DNA of 64,000 bases from an uncultured Actinomycetes bacterium. GTDB lineage: Bacteria; Actinomycetota; Thermoleophilia; RBG-16-64-13. A program made the translations under genes and the position numbers. Shown one piece after another: positions 54,726 to 64,000 of the stretch. Below the pieces are notes generated by a model. That model had not been told where the DNA came from. It ran no database searches and was given only the letters and a program-made list of their open reading frames with translations. Numbering within the stretch: the first letter of the stretch is position 1; the number at the start of each line of letters is the position of its first letter. Where the stretch lies: contig CAVPLM010000003.1 of assembly GCA_963706025.1 (NCBI GenBank), forward strand, positions 352,001 to 416,000. Direction: 5' to 3'.

Positions 54726-55583
54726 GTGCTCATAACCTACGCTCGCCGCTTCGCCAGTCTGGTCAAGTTCGAACACTCCATCTTCGCTTTGCCCTTCGCC
54801 TATGCGGCGGCCTTCTTGGCCGAGATGGCCGTCCCCGGCTTCTGGCGCATGTTCTGGATCACGGTGGCCATGGTGTCCGCCCGCAGCTTCGGCATGGCCA
54901 TCAACCGGCTGATCGACGCAGAGATCGACGCTCGCAATCCGCGGACGGCCGGACGCGAGATCCCGGCGGGGCGGCTGAAGCGGTGGCAGGTGTGGCTCTT
55001 CGCGTTGGCTTCGTTGGTGATACTTGTCGTGGCCACCTTCAACCTGCCGGTCATCACCCGGTATCTATGGCCGTTGGTGGTCATCCCCATGGTCATCTAT
55101 CCGTACACCAAGCGCTGGACCTGGCTCTGCCACCTGGTGCTCGGGGTCGCCGACGGCCTGGGGCCGGTCGGCGCCTGGGTGGCGGTCACAGGCAAGGTGA
55201 CCTGGGAGCCCTTTCTTCTGGGCGCGGGCGTGGGTCTGTGGATCGCCGGGTTCGATGTGATCTACGCCTTCATGGACATCGCCGTCGACCGCGCCCAGGG
55301 ATTGCATTCCATCCCGGCTGATCTGGGGGAACGGGCCGGGTTGTGGAGCACCCGGGTCTTCCATGTGCTGGCGGTCGTGCTGCTGGCGCTCACCGGCTAC
55401 GCGCAGGGGACGAACTACGTGTACTACCTGGGAGTAGCGATCTGTGCCGCCCTTCTCTTCTATGAGAACTGGCTCATGCGAACAGCCGACCTCGAGAGAG
55501 TGGGGGTGGCTTTCATGACCATGAACGGCATCATCAGCGTGGTGTTCCTCTTCTTCACTACCCTCAGTCTCTTCGTCCCGTGA
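54726..55583 (+). CDS. mqnP: UbiA-like polyprenyltransferase (futalosine pathway)
   Basis: VKFEHSIFALPFAY, NRLIDAEIDARNPRTAGREIP, YPYTKR, GFDVIYA.MD. Confidence 0.9.
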   Translation: MLITYARRFASLVKFEHSIFALPFAYAAAFLAEMAVPGFWRMFWITVAMVSARSFGMAINRLIDAEIDARNPRTAGREIPAGRLKRWQVWLFALASLVILVVATFNLPVITRYLWPLVVIPMVIYPYTKRWTWLCHLVLGVADGLGPVGAWVAVTGKVTWEPFLLGAGVGLWIAGFDVIYAFMDIAVDRAQGLHSIPADLGERAGLWSTRVFHVLAVVLLALTGYAQGTNYVYYLGVAICAALLFYENWLMRTADLERVGVAFMTMNGIISVVFLFFTTLSLFVP

Positions 55584-56470
55584 GCAGGGGTGGACGCATG
55601 GGCGGCGGACGCATGAGCGGCGACGGGACGCGCGAAAGACGCAGTAGCGACCAGGTGGGGCGGACCAGACTAGATGCATCCCCGGAGCCGGGCAAAGTCC
55701 GGCAGATGTTCGACGGGATCGCCGGGTCCTATGACCTTCTGAACGACCTGATGACCGCCGGTCTCCACCACCGGTGGAGGGAGTTCGGGGTGATGGTGGC
55801 CCGGGTGGGTCCGGGAGCGGCAGCTCTGGACGTGTGTTGTGGCACAGGTGACTTCGCCTTCGCACTGCGGCGGGCCGTGGGTCCCAGGGGCCGGGTTGTG
55901 GGAGTGGATGTCTCGGAGGAGATGTTGGATGTAGCCCGGGAGAAAAGCGGGCGGAATCAGCTGTATGTCGAGTTTCGCCTCGGTGACGCGCTCGACCTGC
56001 CCTTCCCCGACGGCTGCGCCGGAGCGGCTCACGTCGGAGCGGCTCACGTCGGGGCGGCTCACGTCGGGGCGGCGGGCCGGCAAACCGCGCCGCCCGGCGA
56101 CCGCGCCGCCACCGGTTTCGACGCCTGTACCGTGGGTTTCGGTATCCGCAACGTCCCCGACATCGTGAAAGCGTTCAGCGAGATGCGCCGGGTGTGCCGT
56201 CCGGGGGGCAGGGTCGTGTGTCTGGAGATAACGCAGGCGCGAATCCCCGTGTTCAAGCAGTTCTACGGGTTCTGGTTCGACCATGCCGTACCCCGGTTGG
56301 GGAAGCTCGCGGCTCGGGAGGACTTCGCCTACAGCTACCTGCCCGCCTCGGTGCGACGGTTCCCTGATCCGAAGGAGTTGAAGGGTCTCATGGAGGAAGC
56401 AGGACTGCGGAACGTGCGCTATGAGATCTTGGCCGGCGGGATTATCGCCTTGCACCACGCGCTGGCGTAG
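55580..56470 (+). CDS. menG: Demethylmenaquinone methyltransferase (MenG/UbiE)
   Basis: VRQMFDGIAGSYDLLND.MT.G.H..WR, LDVCCGTGD, GFGIRNV, YSYLPASV..FP. Confidence 0.92.
   Translation: MSRGGRMGGGRMSGDGTRERRSSDQVGRTRLDASPEPGKVRQMFDGIAGSYDLLNDLMTAGLHHRWREFGVMVARVGPGAAALDVCCGTGDFAFALRRAVGPRGRVVGVDVSEEMLDVAREKSGRNQLYVEFRLGDALDLPFPDGCAGAAHVGAAHVGAAHVGAAGRQTAPPGDRAATGFDACTVGFGIRNVPDIVKAFSEMRRVCRPGGRVVCLEITQARIPVFKQFYGFWFDHAVPRLGKLAAREDFAYSYLPASVRRFPDPKELKGLMEEAGLRNVRYEILAGGIIALHHALA
56021..56073 (+). repeat. 15-bp tandem repeat x3.5 (GAAHV) inserted in menG
   Basis: GGAGCGGCTCACGTC x2, GGGGCGGCTCACGTC, GGGGCGGC. Confidence 0.9.
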
Positions 56471-56570
56471 CTGCGCGGGCGGGCCGACGCGGGGGAGCGA
56501 AAGGCGGAGTTGAGAAAGGGGCCGGAGGCACCCGGCCGGAGGCCCCGCGACGTTGTGCTAGACTCCGGGT

Positions 56571-57720
56571 ATGCCCGCCAGCACGCGCGTTGATCCGCTT
56601 GCCATCGTCGAAGAGAAGGTAGCTCAGGGTGAGCGTCTCTCTGCCGCCGATGGGGTAGCCCTGTTCGAGTCCCCCGATCTTCTGCGTGTCGGACGGCTTG
56701 CCGACCGGGCGCGCCGGCAGCAGGTGGGCGACGATGTCTACTTCGTGGTCAACCGCCACATCAACTACACCAACGTGTGCAGGAACCGGTGTCGCTTCTG
56801 CGCTTTCTCGCGGGATGAAGGCGAGCCGGGGGCCTACACCCTGACGGTGGAGGAGGTCCTGGCCAAGGCGCGGGAGGCCATCGAAGAAGGCGCCACCGAG
56901 ATACACATCGTGGGTGGGGAACACCCGGCGCTTCCCTACGATTCGGTACGGGCGATGGTCTCGGGCATCCGGGGCTTTGCGCCCGACGTGCACGTGAAGG
57001 CCTTCACCGTTTCGGAGATCGTACATTTCGCCGAGACAGAGCGAGTATCGGCGGAGGACGTCCTACGAGATCTCCAGGCCGCCGGTCTGGACAGCCTGCC
57101 CGGCGGTGGGGCGGAGATATTCGCGGACAGGGTCCGCCAGCAGGTGTGCCCGGCGAAGATATCGGGAGAGCGGTGGCTGGAAGTGCACCAGCTCGCGCAT
57201 CGTCTGGGGCTGAGGACCAACGCCACCATGCTGTACGGTCACGTGGAGACCTATGAAGACCGGGTGGATCACCTGCTCGCGCCTCCGCGCCGGCCAGGAC
57301 GCCACCGGGGGTTTCCAGGCCTTCATCCCCCTCGCCTTTCAACCCAAGAACACGAGTTTGTCGCACCTTCCGCCCACGACGGGCGTGGACGATCTGAGGA
57401 CACTGGCGGTGTCTCGTCTTCTGCTGGACAACCTGCTCCACATCAAGACCTACTGGGTCATGACTGGGCTGAAACTGGCGCAGGTAGCCCTGTTCTTCGG
57501 GGCCAACGACATGGATGGCACCGTGGTCGAGGAGGTCATCTCCCTGTTGTCCGGGGCGGGCCACGGGCAGTCGGTGGCCAAATCGGAGCTTGTCCGCGTC
57601 ATCCGCGACGCCGGCCGAGCGCCGGTGGAGCGGGATGGGCTCTACAGGGTGGTGCGGCGGTTCGACGGGGGGCCGAGTCTCGGCGCGGCGCCGACTCCTG
57701 ACGTGGGGGCGGGGGCATGA
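56571..57720 (+). CDS. mqnE: Aminofutalosine synthase MqnE (radical SAM; frameshift ~57278)
   Basis: NRHINYTNVCRNRCRFCAF, EIHIVGG.HP, PGGGAEIF, NATMLYGHVE / FIPLAFQP, HIKTYW, FGANDMDGTVVEE. Confidence 0.9.
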
Positions 57721-58736
57721 CCGTCAGAGTCGGGCACATCGGCTTTCTCAACTGCTATCCCCTCTATCACGGGCTGGAGCAGCGCGGGATTCTGGCCGAT
57801 GCCCCCGACCTCGACCGGCAGGGCAGGCCCGGGATCGAGCTGCTGCCGGGAGTGCCGACCGATCTCAACCGCTGGTTGATTCAGGGTGACATCGACCTCG
57901 GTCCTATCAGCTCGATCGCTTACGCGCGCTACCATCGACAGCTGCTGCTGTCCCGCCACCTGAGCATCTCGTCGCTCGGAGCCGTGGACAGCATCCAGTT
58001 GGTGGCGCGCAGGACTCTGAGAGAGATCAGGAGCGTCGCCCTGACCCGGCAGAGCGCCACCTCGGTCAGCCTGCTCAAGACCATCCTGAGGCTCCGCTTC
58101 GGGCAGGAAGTGCTCTACGGCGAGCTCGGCAGTTCCGTTGCCGAGGCTCTGCAGGAGTACGACGCGGCGCTGCTTATCGGCGATCAGGGGCTGGAGGCAC
58201 TGTACTTCTCTCAGCCGGGAACGACCTGTCACGATCTGGGAGCGCTCTGGCAAGAGTGGACCGGGCTGCCCATGGTCTACGCTGTGTGGGCCGCTCGGGA
58301 GGACTTCGCCCGGACCAACGGGTCGGAACTCCTGGCCGTGGAAGGGGAGCTCGTCAGATGCATGGACTACGGCCGAGAGCACCTTGCTGAAGTGGTCGAC
58401 TCCGCCCTGGGGCAGTGCAGGTTCGACCGCCCTAGCCTCACCCGCTATTTCACCGTTCTGCGGTATGACTTCACCGAAGAGTATCGACGGGGGCTGCGCC
58501 GCTTCTACGAGCTGGCGCATGAAGCCGGCGAACTCGAGGAAGCGCCTGAGTTGCGCTTCATCGACGAGGTGGCCGGTGGCGCCAGCGCCCGCCCGCCCGC
58601 CCCGCTCCAGACGAGCGGCGCCGGGCCGGAGGCGGCCGGCGCCCGGCCCGAGGAACAGCCCCTGACGCCGTCGGTCCTCGGGGCCGCGCACGCGTCGGCC
58701 CGGACAGTCGATGCGGGCGAAGTGGCGGCTCCATGA
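57717..58736 (+). CDS. mqnA: Chorismate dehydratase MqnA
   Basis: VGHIGFLNCYPL, PTDLN, GAVDSI, SATSV.LL, LLIGD, DLGALWQEWTGLPMVYAVW. Confidence 0.93.
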   Translation: MTVRVGHIGFLNCYPLYHGLEQRGILADAPDLDRQGRPGIELLPGVPTDLNRWLIQGDIDLGPISSIAYARYHRQLLLSRHLSISSLGAVDSIQLVARRTLREIRSVALTRQSATSVSLLKTILRLRFGQEVLYGELGSSVAEALQEYDAALLIGDQGLEALYFSQPGTTCHDLGALWQEWTGLPMVYAVWAAREDFARTNGSELLAVEGELVRCMDYGREHLAEVVDSALGQCRFDRPSLTRYFTVLRYDFTEEYRRGLRRFYELAHEAGELEEAPELRFIDEVAGGASARPPAPLQTSGAGPEAAGARPEEQPLTPSVLGAAHASARTVDAGEVAAP

Positions 58737-59788
58737 GCCCCATGACCCGCCTGACCGAGCGTGAAGCCCTAGAGCTGCTGCGCTCGCGGGACCTGCTGGA
58801 AGTGGGGGCGCGAGCCCACGAAGTGCGCGAGCGCCTCGTCCCCGGCCGTCTCGCGACCTTCATAGTCGACCGCAACATCAACTACACCAACGTGTGTGTA
58901 TCCGGGTGCCGCTTCTGCGCTTTCCACTGCGCTCCCGGCGCGCCCGAAGCCTATGTCCTTTCCCGGGAGGCGATCCACGCCAAGATCCAGGAAACCCTGG
59001 ATCTTGGCGGCACGGCGGTCATGATGCAGGGCGGCCTGCACCCCGATCTCGACATCACCTATTTCGAGGCGCTCTTCCGCTCCATCAAAGAGCGCTTCGA
59101 CATCACCATCCATTCGCTCTCTGCCCCGGAGGTCGTCCACATCGCGAGGGTCAGCCACCTTCCAGTGGGCGAAGTGCTGCGGCGTCTGAAAGACGCGGGT
59201 CTCGATTCGCTGCCGGGCGGCGGGGCCGAGATACTGGTCGATCGGGTGCGCGAACAGGTGGCTCCGGGGAAGGCGGACACCAGGGCGTGGCTCGAGGTCA
59301 TGAGGGAAGCCCACCGGCAGGGCATTCCGGGGACGGCCACCATGATGTTTGGCAGCATCGAGACTCTGGAGGAACGGGTGGAGCACTTACGGGCCCTCCG
59401 GGACCTCCAGGACGAGACCGGCGGGTTCCGGGCCTTCATCCCCTGGAGCTTTCAGCCCGGGCACACTCCTTTGGAGGACACGACCGAACAGGCTACGGGC
59501 GTCGACTACCTCCTGACACTGGCGGTGTCCCGGCTCTATCTCGATAACATCTTTCACATCCAGGCCTCGTGGGTCACCCAGGGGCTCAAGTTGGGACAAG
59601 TCGCTCTGCGCTTCGGCGCCGACGATCTGGGCAGCACCATGATCGAGGAGAACGTTGTAGCCGCTGCCGGTGTCCGGGTCAGAGCCAACCGGGACGACCT
59701 GGTCCATGCCATACGAGAGGCTGGGTTCGTGCCCGCGCAGCGGCGCACGGACTACAGTCTGGTCGAGTCCGCGCCAGGCGACCACTAG
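58733..59788 (+). CDS. mqnC: Cyclic dehypoxanthine futalosine synthase MqnC
   Basis: DRNINYTNVCVSGCRFCAF, MQGGLHP, TATMMFG, HIQASWVTQG, DLGSTMIEENVV. Confidence 0.95.
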   Translation: MSPMTRLTEREALELLRSRDLLEVGARAHEVRERLVPGRLATFIVDRNINYTNVCVSGCRFCAFHCAPGAPEAYVLSREAIHAKIQETLDLGGTAVMMQGGLHPDLDITYFEALFRSIKERFDITIHSLSAPEVVHIARVSHLPVGEVLRRLKDAGLDSLPGGGAEILVDRVREQVAPGKADTRAWLEVMREAHRQGIPGTATMMFGSIETLEERVEHLRALRDLQDETGGFRAFIPWSFQPGHTPLEDTTEQATGVDYLLTLAVSRLYLDNIFHIQASWVTQGLKLGQVALRFGADDLGSTMIEENVVAAAGVRVRANRDDLVHAIREAGFVPAQRRTDYSLVESAPGDH

Positions 59789-59799
59789 CTCGCCGGGTA

Positions 59800-60621
59800 T
59801 CAGTAGTGCGCCGGGGCCTTGAGGTACGTGGCGTAGCTCTCCGCTTCGTGCGAAAAGAAGATCTCAGCCCGGCGCTCTTCGGCGAGGGCCTTCAACCGGC
59901 GCATCGATCTGATCGAGGCGACCGGATCGTAGTGAAAGCCCGCGATGCACTCGAGGTCCAGGCTCCTCTGCGTGTAGATGGCATCGCCGGCGAAGATCAG
60001 CGAGGACCCTCCGCTCAACTCGACCATCAGGCTGTAGTGGCCCCTGGAATGGCCCGGTGTGGCAATGAGCTGGACGCCGGCGGCGATCTCGACGTCTCCC
60101 TCCACGGGGACGAACCGACCGTCCAGCTCGAGCGCCGGCCGGTCGCCTATCTCGGTCGCACCGGCGGGTCCGGTCTCCCCACGGCGGCGGCCGAGCTCGG
60201 AGGAGAAACTCAGATCGGAGTAGCCAAGGACCTCGAAGGGTTCAGGGCTTCCGGCAGCCTCGAACTCAAGTCGATGCGCCACCACCTTGGCCTCGGGCAG
60301 GTGCTTGATGCCGCCGCAGTGGTCGAAATGGAAGTGCGAGATGGCGATCGTCGAGATGTCATCCGGGCCCAGTCCGAGCAGCGCCAACTGCGCGGGTATG
60401 GTCTGCGACTCAATCTGCAGGGGTTTTTCGAAGGGAAGGACTCTGAGGACATGATCGAGGTCATACCCGGTGTCGTAGAGGATGTTTCCGTCGGGATGGA
60501 CGACGAGCACGCTGTAGCAGGGGATCCTCACGGGTCCTCCCGGGCCACGGTTCCAGAAGACATGGAAACCGTCCATTTCCAGAGTTCCGCCATCCAGCAG
60601 GTAGACTTCGCTTGCCGCCAT
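59800..60621 (-). CDS. 4-pyridoxolactonase-like metallo-beta-lactamase (AHL-lactonase family)
   Basis: HxHxDH (SHFHFDHCGG), TPGHSRGH and SH motifs. VYLLDGG..DGFHVFWNRGPGG, DTGYDLDHV..VLPFEKP.Q and LGYSDLSFS match my recollection of Mesorhizobium loti 4-pyridoxolactonase. Confidence 0.8.
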   Translation of the reverse strand: MAASEVYLLDGGTLEMDGFHVFWNRGPGGPVRIPCYSVLVVHPDGNILYDTGYDLDHVLRVLPFEKPLQIESQTIPAQLALLGLGPDDISTIAISHFHFDHCGGIKHLPEAKVVAHRLEFEAAGSPEPFEVLGYSDLSFSSELGRRRGETGPAGATEIGDRPALELDGRFVPVEGDVEIAAGVQLIATPGHSRGHYSLMVELSGGSSLIFAGDAIYTQRSLDLECIAGFHYDPVASIRSMRRLKALAEERRAEIFFSHEAESYATYLKAPAHY

Positions 60622-60660
60622 GATCTCCCCCTGTCGTATCACTGAAGAAGCACGCGTTGC

Positions 60661-60702
60661 TTGACTCTAGGTTCACTATTTGTTATATGGATAATACATC
60701 CA
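60661..60702 (+). promoter_or_regulatory. Putative promoter with overlapping inverted-repeat operator in the divergent intergenic region
   Basis: TTGACT-N17-TATATG; [17 protein letters not shown] at 60688-60702. Confidence 0.45.
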
Positions 60703-60826
60703 AGTCCGCTGCGGCGGATTTGCCTGGGCGTCGTGTTTAGCATTGTGTCAATCCATGGTACCGGTTTCGTGTACCTGTCTTCGTGTCCTCTGGTCTGCGT
60801 AGCTTCATCGGCGAAGTAGGGGATGG

Positions 60827-61561
60827 ATGGTGTTTGACGCGCATATGCACGTGGGGGACTTCGGGATATTCGGGGTATCCCTGGATCGGGACGGGCTGGC
60901 CGAACTCATGCGCGCCAACGAGGTCTCCGTTGGGGTCGTCTTCAGCCCGGACAACGAGGCGACCCTCGCGGCGGTCGAGTCGATACCTGGGGCGTACGGT
61001 CTCTACTGGGCTGATCCCAATCAGCGCGGACACCTGGACGAAGCCCGCCGATTTCTGGATCACGCCAAGTTCCTGGGAGTCAAGCTGCACCCTCTCCTGG
61101 ACGGCTACTACCCGAACGACCCGGTCGTCTACCCCCTCATGGAGTTGCTCGCGGAGCTTGACCTCCCCGTCCTCGTGCACACAGGACATCCCATCTTCAC
61201 TCTCCCCTGGAGTGTGGAGGAATTGGCCGTCGCTTTTCCAGGAGTGAACGTGATCATGGGCCACATGGGTCACGGCAACGGGATCTACATCAATGCGGCC
61301 ATCGACGCAGCCTGCAGGAACCCGAACGTGTACCTGGAGACCTCGGGGATGCCCATGCACACGAAGATACGAGAGGCTGTGGAGCGGGCCGGTGCGCACA
61401 AGGTCCTCTACGGTTCCGACGTACCTTTTCATCATCCGCAGGTGGAGATGCTCAAAGTAAGGCTGAGCGGGCTCCCGGCCGATTTGGTCGAGCGAGTCCT
61501 GGACGGCAATGCCCGTGCCCTGTTTTTCGGGGACGAGCATGCGCAAGTACCTTTGTCGTAA
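60827..61561 (+). CDS. Amidohydrolase_2 family protein
   Basis: FDAHMH, GVKLHP, PVLVHTG, IMGHMG, NVYLETSG, VLYGSDVPF. Confidence 0.88.
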   Translation: MVFDAHMHVGDFGIFGVSLDRDGLAELMRANEVSVGVVFSPDNEATLAAVESIPGAYGLYWADPNQRGHLDEARRFLDHAKFLGVKLHPLLDGYYPNDPVVYPLMELLAELDLPVLVHTGHPIFTLPWSVEELAVAFPGVNVIMGHMGHGNGIYINAAIDAACRNPNVYLETSGMPMHTKIREAVERAGAHKVLYGSDVPFHHPQVEMLKVRLSGLPADLVERVLDGNARALFFGDEHAQVPLS

Positions 61562-61654
61562 GGATGCCGAGGGGGAGGTGAGCCGGCACGAAGTAGGCAG
61601 TGGTTGGGAGACCACGAGTCCGTCGAGTGGTATCAGAGAACGGGAGGGATCGTA

Positions 61655-62803
61655 ATGAGTTCACGTTGGACCCGGGCACTAGTACTCATAATGGTCGTCG
61701 CACTGCTGGCGACCGCCGCCATGGTCGTGGCGGCATGCGGCGGGGAAGAAGAGACCACTACCACGAGCATGGCGCCGGAGACCACGACGACCATGGCGCC
61801 GGAGACTACGACGACCATGGCGCCGGAGACGACCACCACCGGTGCCCCGACTGCGATGGTCAAGAAGATCGGGGTCATTGTCCCGGAAAAAGCTAACGAC
61901 TACGGTTGGAACCAGCAGCATGCCGAAGCCGGCCAGAAGATGGCCGAGAAGATCGGTGCTGAATTTGCTCTCGCCGATGGCGCCGGATACGGCGACATAG
62001 CTCCCATCATGCGGCAACTGGTGCAGGACGGTTGCGACTGGATCATGGCTGGGGCCAGCGGCTACATGACCGTAGCAAAGCAGGTCGCCCAGGAGACGAA
62101 GACGGTCAAGGTCAATGCCATCTTTGCTCAGGAGAACACCCCCAACATCCTCCAGGACATACAGACCTATGCGGAACAGGGCGCCTATCTTGCCGGCCAA
62201 CTGGCTGCGAAAACGACCAAGACAGGAACCGTCGGTATCGTCGTCTCGGCTGACGACGAGAACTGGACCAAAATGAGCGCCGGCTTCATCCTGGCAGCGC
62301 AGGCCACCAAGCCCGATATCAAGATCAAGCTCGCGCAGGTGGGTCAGGCTGCCTACGCTGACGCCGCGGCCGCCAAGCGGACCACCGAGACCGTCATCGC
62401 CGAGGGAGCCGACGTCATCTTCGGGATGGGCGACGGTTCCAGCTTCGGTATGATCCAGGCTGTCGAGACGGCTACGCCGCCAAGCGGTGCCGATAAGGTC
62501 TGGTTCATCGACGTTATCGGGGACAAAACCTCGCTGGATACGAAAGGCATATACCTTACCTCCGTGGTGTGGGACTACCTACCAGCTTGGGAGGCAGCGT
62601 ACGCCGACATTCAGGCCGGAACCTTCGGCACCAAGACCATCTTCATCGAGCTCAAGAACAACGGCATCGGCATTATCAAGACCCAGTGGATTGCGGACGA
62701 CGTTTGGGCGGAGATCGAAGCCACGAAGCAGGCCATCATCGACGGTACCATCCAGGTGCCGGCTATCAGCGACATGAATGAAATAAAGGCCCTGATCCAG
62801 TAG
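61655..62803 (+). CDS. BMP family ABC substrate-binding lipoprotein (nucleoside/vitamin-like ligands)
   Basis: VAAC lipobox, (MAPETTTT)x3 linker, DYGWNQ, QGAYLAG, GADVIFG. Confidence 0.9.
   Translation: MSSRWTRALVLIMVVALLATAAMVVAACGGEEETTTTSMAPETTTTMAPETTTTMAPETTTTGAPTAMVKKIGVIVPEKANDYGWNQQHAEAGQKMAEKIGAEFALADGAGYGDIAPIMRQLVQDGCDWIMAGASGYMTVAKQVAQETKTVKVNAIFAQENTPNILQDIQTYAEQGAYLAGQLAAKTTKTGTVGIVVSADDENWTKMSAGFILAAQATKPDIKIKLAQVGQAAYADAAAAKRTTETVIAEGADVIFGMGDGSSFGMIQAVETATPPSGADKVWFIDVIGDKTSLDTKGIYLTSVVWDYLPAWEAAYADIQAGTFGTKTIFIELKNNGIGIIKTQWIADDVWAEIEATKQAIIDGTIQVPAISDMNEIKALIQ
61769..61840 (+). repeat. 24-bp tandem repeat x3 encoding the MAPETTTT linker
   Basis: ATGGCGCCGGAGACNACSACSACC at 61769, 61793 and 61817. 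Confidence 0.85.
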
Positions 62804-62840
62804 CTCTGGTCAACACGACGGCCACTACAGCAAGGTGATC

Positions 62841-64000
62841 ATGGCAGACAACAGCACAGTCGAACATCCCGCGGATCTGGGCGGGAGCATGGGAGCGACG
62901 GCGGGGGCTTTGGCCCCCGCCGTCGAACTCACAGGCATAACCAAGGCATTTCCAGGAGTGGTGGCCAACAAGGACATCACGCTGTCCCTACACAAGGGCG
63001 AGGTCCATTGCCTGCTCGGCGAGAACGGGGCCGGCAAGTCGACCCTCATGAACATCCTTTCCGGGATGTATCAGCCTGACGAGGGAACCATCAAAGTCGG
63101 CGGCAAAACGGTCGTTGTCGACACGCCCAAGACCGCGATCGAGTTGGGCATCGGCATGGTCTACCAGCACTCCACGATGATCCCGGTATTCACCGTCCTC
63201 GAGAACCTCATGCTGGGGGCGACCGAGAAGGTCCGGCTGGATCGAAAAGCGGCTGAGACTGCCCTCACAGATCTGGCCGGCAAGCTGGGTGTGGAGATCC
63301 AACCCGGAGCGGTCACCGGCAAACTCGCCCTCGGCCAGCAGCAGCAGGTTGAGATCATAAAGGCCCTGTGGTCCGGCTCGAGCGTGCTCATCCTCGACGA
63401 GCCCACGTCGATGCTGACCCCGCAGGGTATCGCCGACCTCGAACGAGTCTTGATGCAACTCAAGCAGCACGGGCTTGCGATGGTGTTCATCACGCACAAG
63501 CTGCACGAGGCTATTGAGATTGGGGACCGTATCTCCGTCCTCAAACAGGGCCGCGTGGTCGGGCGCCTGGAGCCGGAGGATCTGCGCGGGAAGTCTCCGG
63601 ACGACCTGCAGGCAACCATCGTGGGCATGATGTTCGGCGAAGAAGCGCGCTCGCTGAGCGAGGTGGCAGAGGTGAAGCAGTTATCTCGCCTTCAGCGGGA
63701 GAAGCGTGATCTCCCCCCCACCGTTGTGATGGAACTGAACGACGTGAGCGTGAAGGCCGGCCGGGGAGAGGTCGACGTCCATGGAGTCAGCCTGCAGGTG
63801 CGCCAGGGAGAGATCATGGGCATCGCGGGGGTAGACGGCAACGGCCAACGCGAGCTGGCCGAGGCCATAGCGGGCCAGCGTAGGCTGAACCATGGGGATA
63901 TCGTGCTCACGGGTCATTCTGTTGGCAAGTCCTCGGTGGCTGAGCGGCAGAAGCTTGGCCTCCGTTTCGTTACGGACGACCGGTTGGGGGAAGGCATGGT
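62841..64000 (+). CDS. ABC transporter ATP-binding protein (nucleoside/CUT2 double-domain type), partial
   Basis: Translated by hand: ITKAFPGVVANKDI..GEVHCLLGENGAGKSTLMNIL, QQQVEIIKAL, ILDEPT, ITHKL, GIAGVDGNGQREL. Confidence 0.92.
   Translation, partial: MADNSTVEHPADLGGSMGATAGALAPAVELTGITKAFPGVVANKDITLSLHKGEVHCLLGENGAGKSTLMNILSGMYQPDEGTIKVGGKTVVVDTPKTAIELGIGMVYQHSTMIPVFTVLENLMLGATEKVRLDRKAAETALTDLAGKLGVEIQPGAVTGKLALGQQQQVEIIKALWSGSSVLILDEPTSMLTPQGIADLERVLMQLKQHGLAMVFITHKLHEAIEIGDRISVLKQGRVVGRLEPEDLRGKSPDDLQATIVGMMFGEEARSLSEVAEVKQLSRLQREKRDLPPTVVMELNDVSVKAGRGEVDVHGVSLQVRQGEIMGIAGVDGNGQRELAEAIAGQRRLNHGDIVLTGHSVGKSSVAERQKLGLRFVTDDRLGEGM

Overview
GC-rich (roughly 65% by eye) chromosomal segment, most likely from an anaerobic or facultative Actinomycetota lineage such as Thermoleophilia. 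This is inferred from HspR, PIP synthase/Ino1, the futalosine pathway, a tungsten AOR and Thr-linker lipoproteins. From left to right: a partial PrsA-like foldase; a Tat-exported ABC binding protein; a TetR / W-aldehyde:ferredoxin oxidoreductase / MoaD / aromatic-acid decarboxylase / Tat-less reductive dehalogenase cluster; three SLH-domain surface proteins; a degenerate YchF; a 64-bp tandem/inverted repeat; a NUDIX fused to an RsbRD_N-like domain; a pgsA1-ino1-(PimA-like GT4::PHP phosphatase) operon; rlmD, clpB and PBP1A; dnaK-hsp20-grpE-dnaJ-hspR; surE and ligA; an orphan VirB11-like ATPase; tupABC plus Mo/W-cofactor genes; a diguanylate cyclase; rex plus futalosine menaquinone genes; and a 4-pyridoxolactonase-like gene divergent from an amidohydrolase-BMP ABC operon that runs off the right edge. 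No rRNA, tRNA, CRISPR array, IS or prophage was seen. Many single-base frameshifts, including in essential ligA, look like long-read errors. The best candidates for undescribed biology are (1) the AOR-decarboxylase-RdhA module, (2) a possible anaerobic vitamin B6 uptake/catabolism locus, and (3) the GT4-PHP fusion as a candidate phosphatidylinositol-phosphate phosphatase. All family calls come from motif recognition without database searches.
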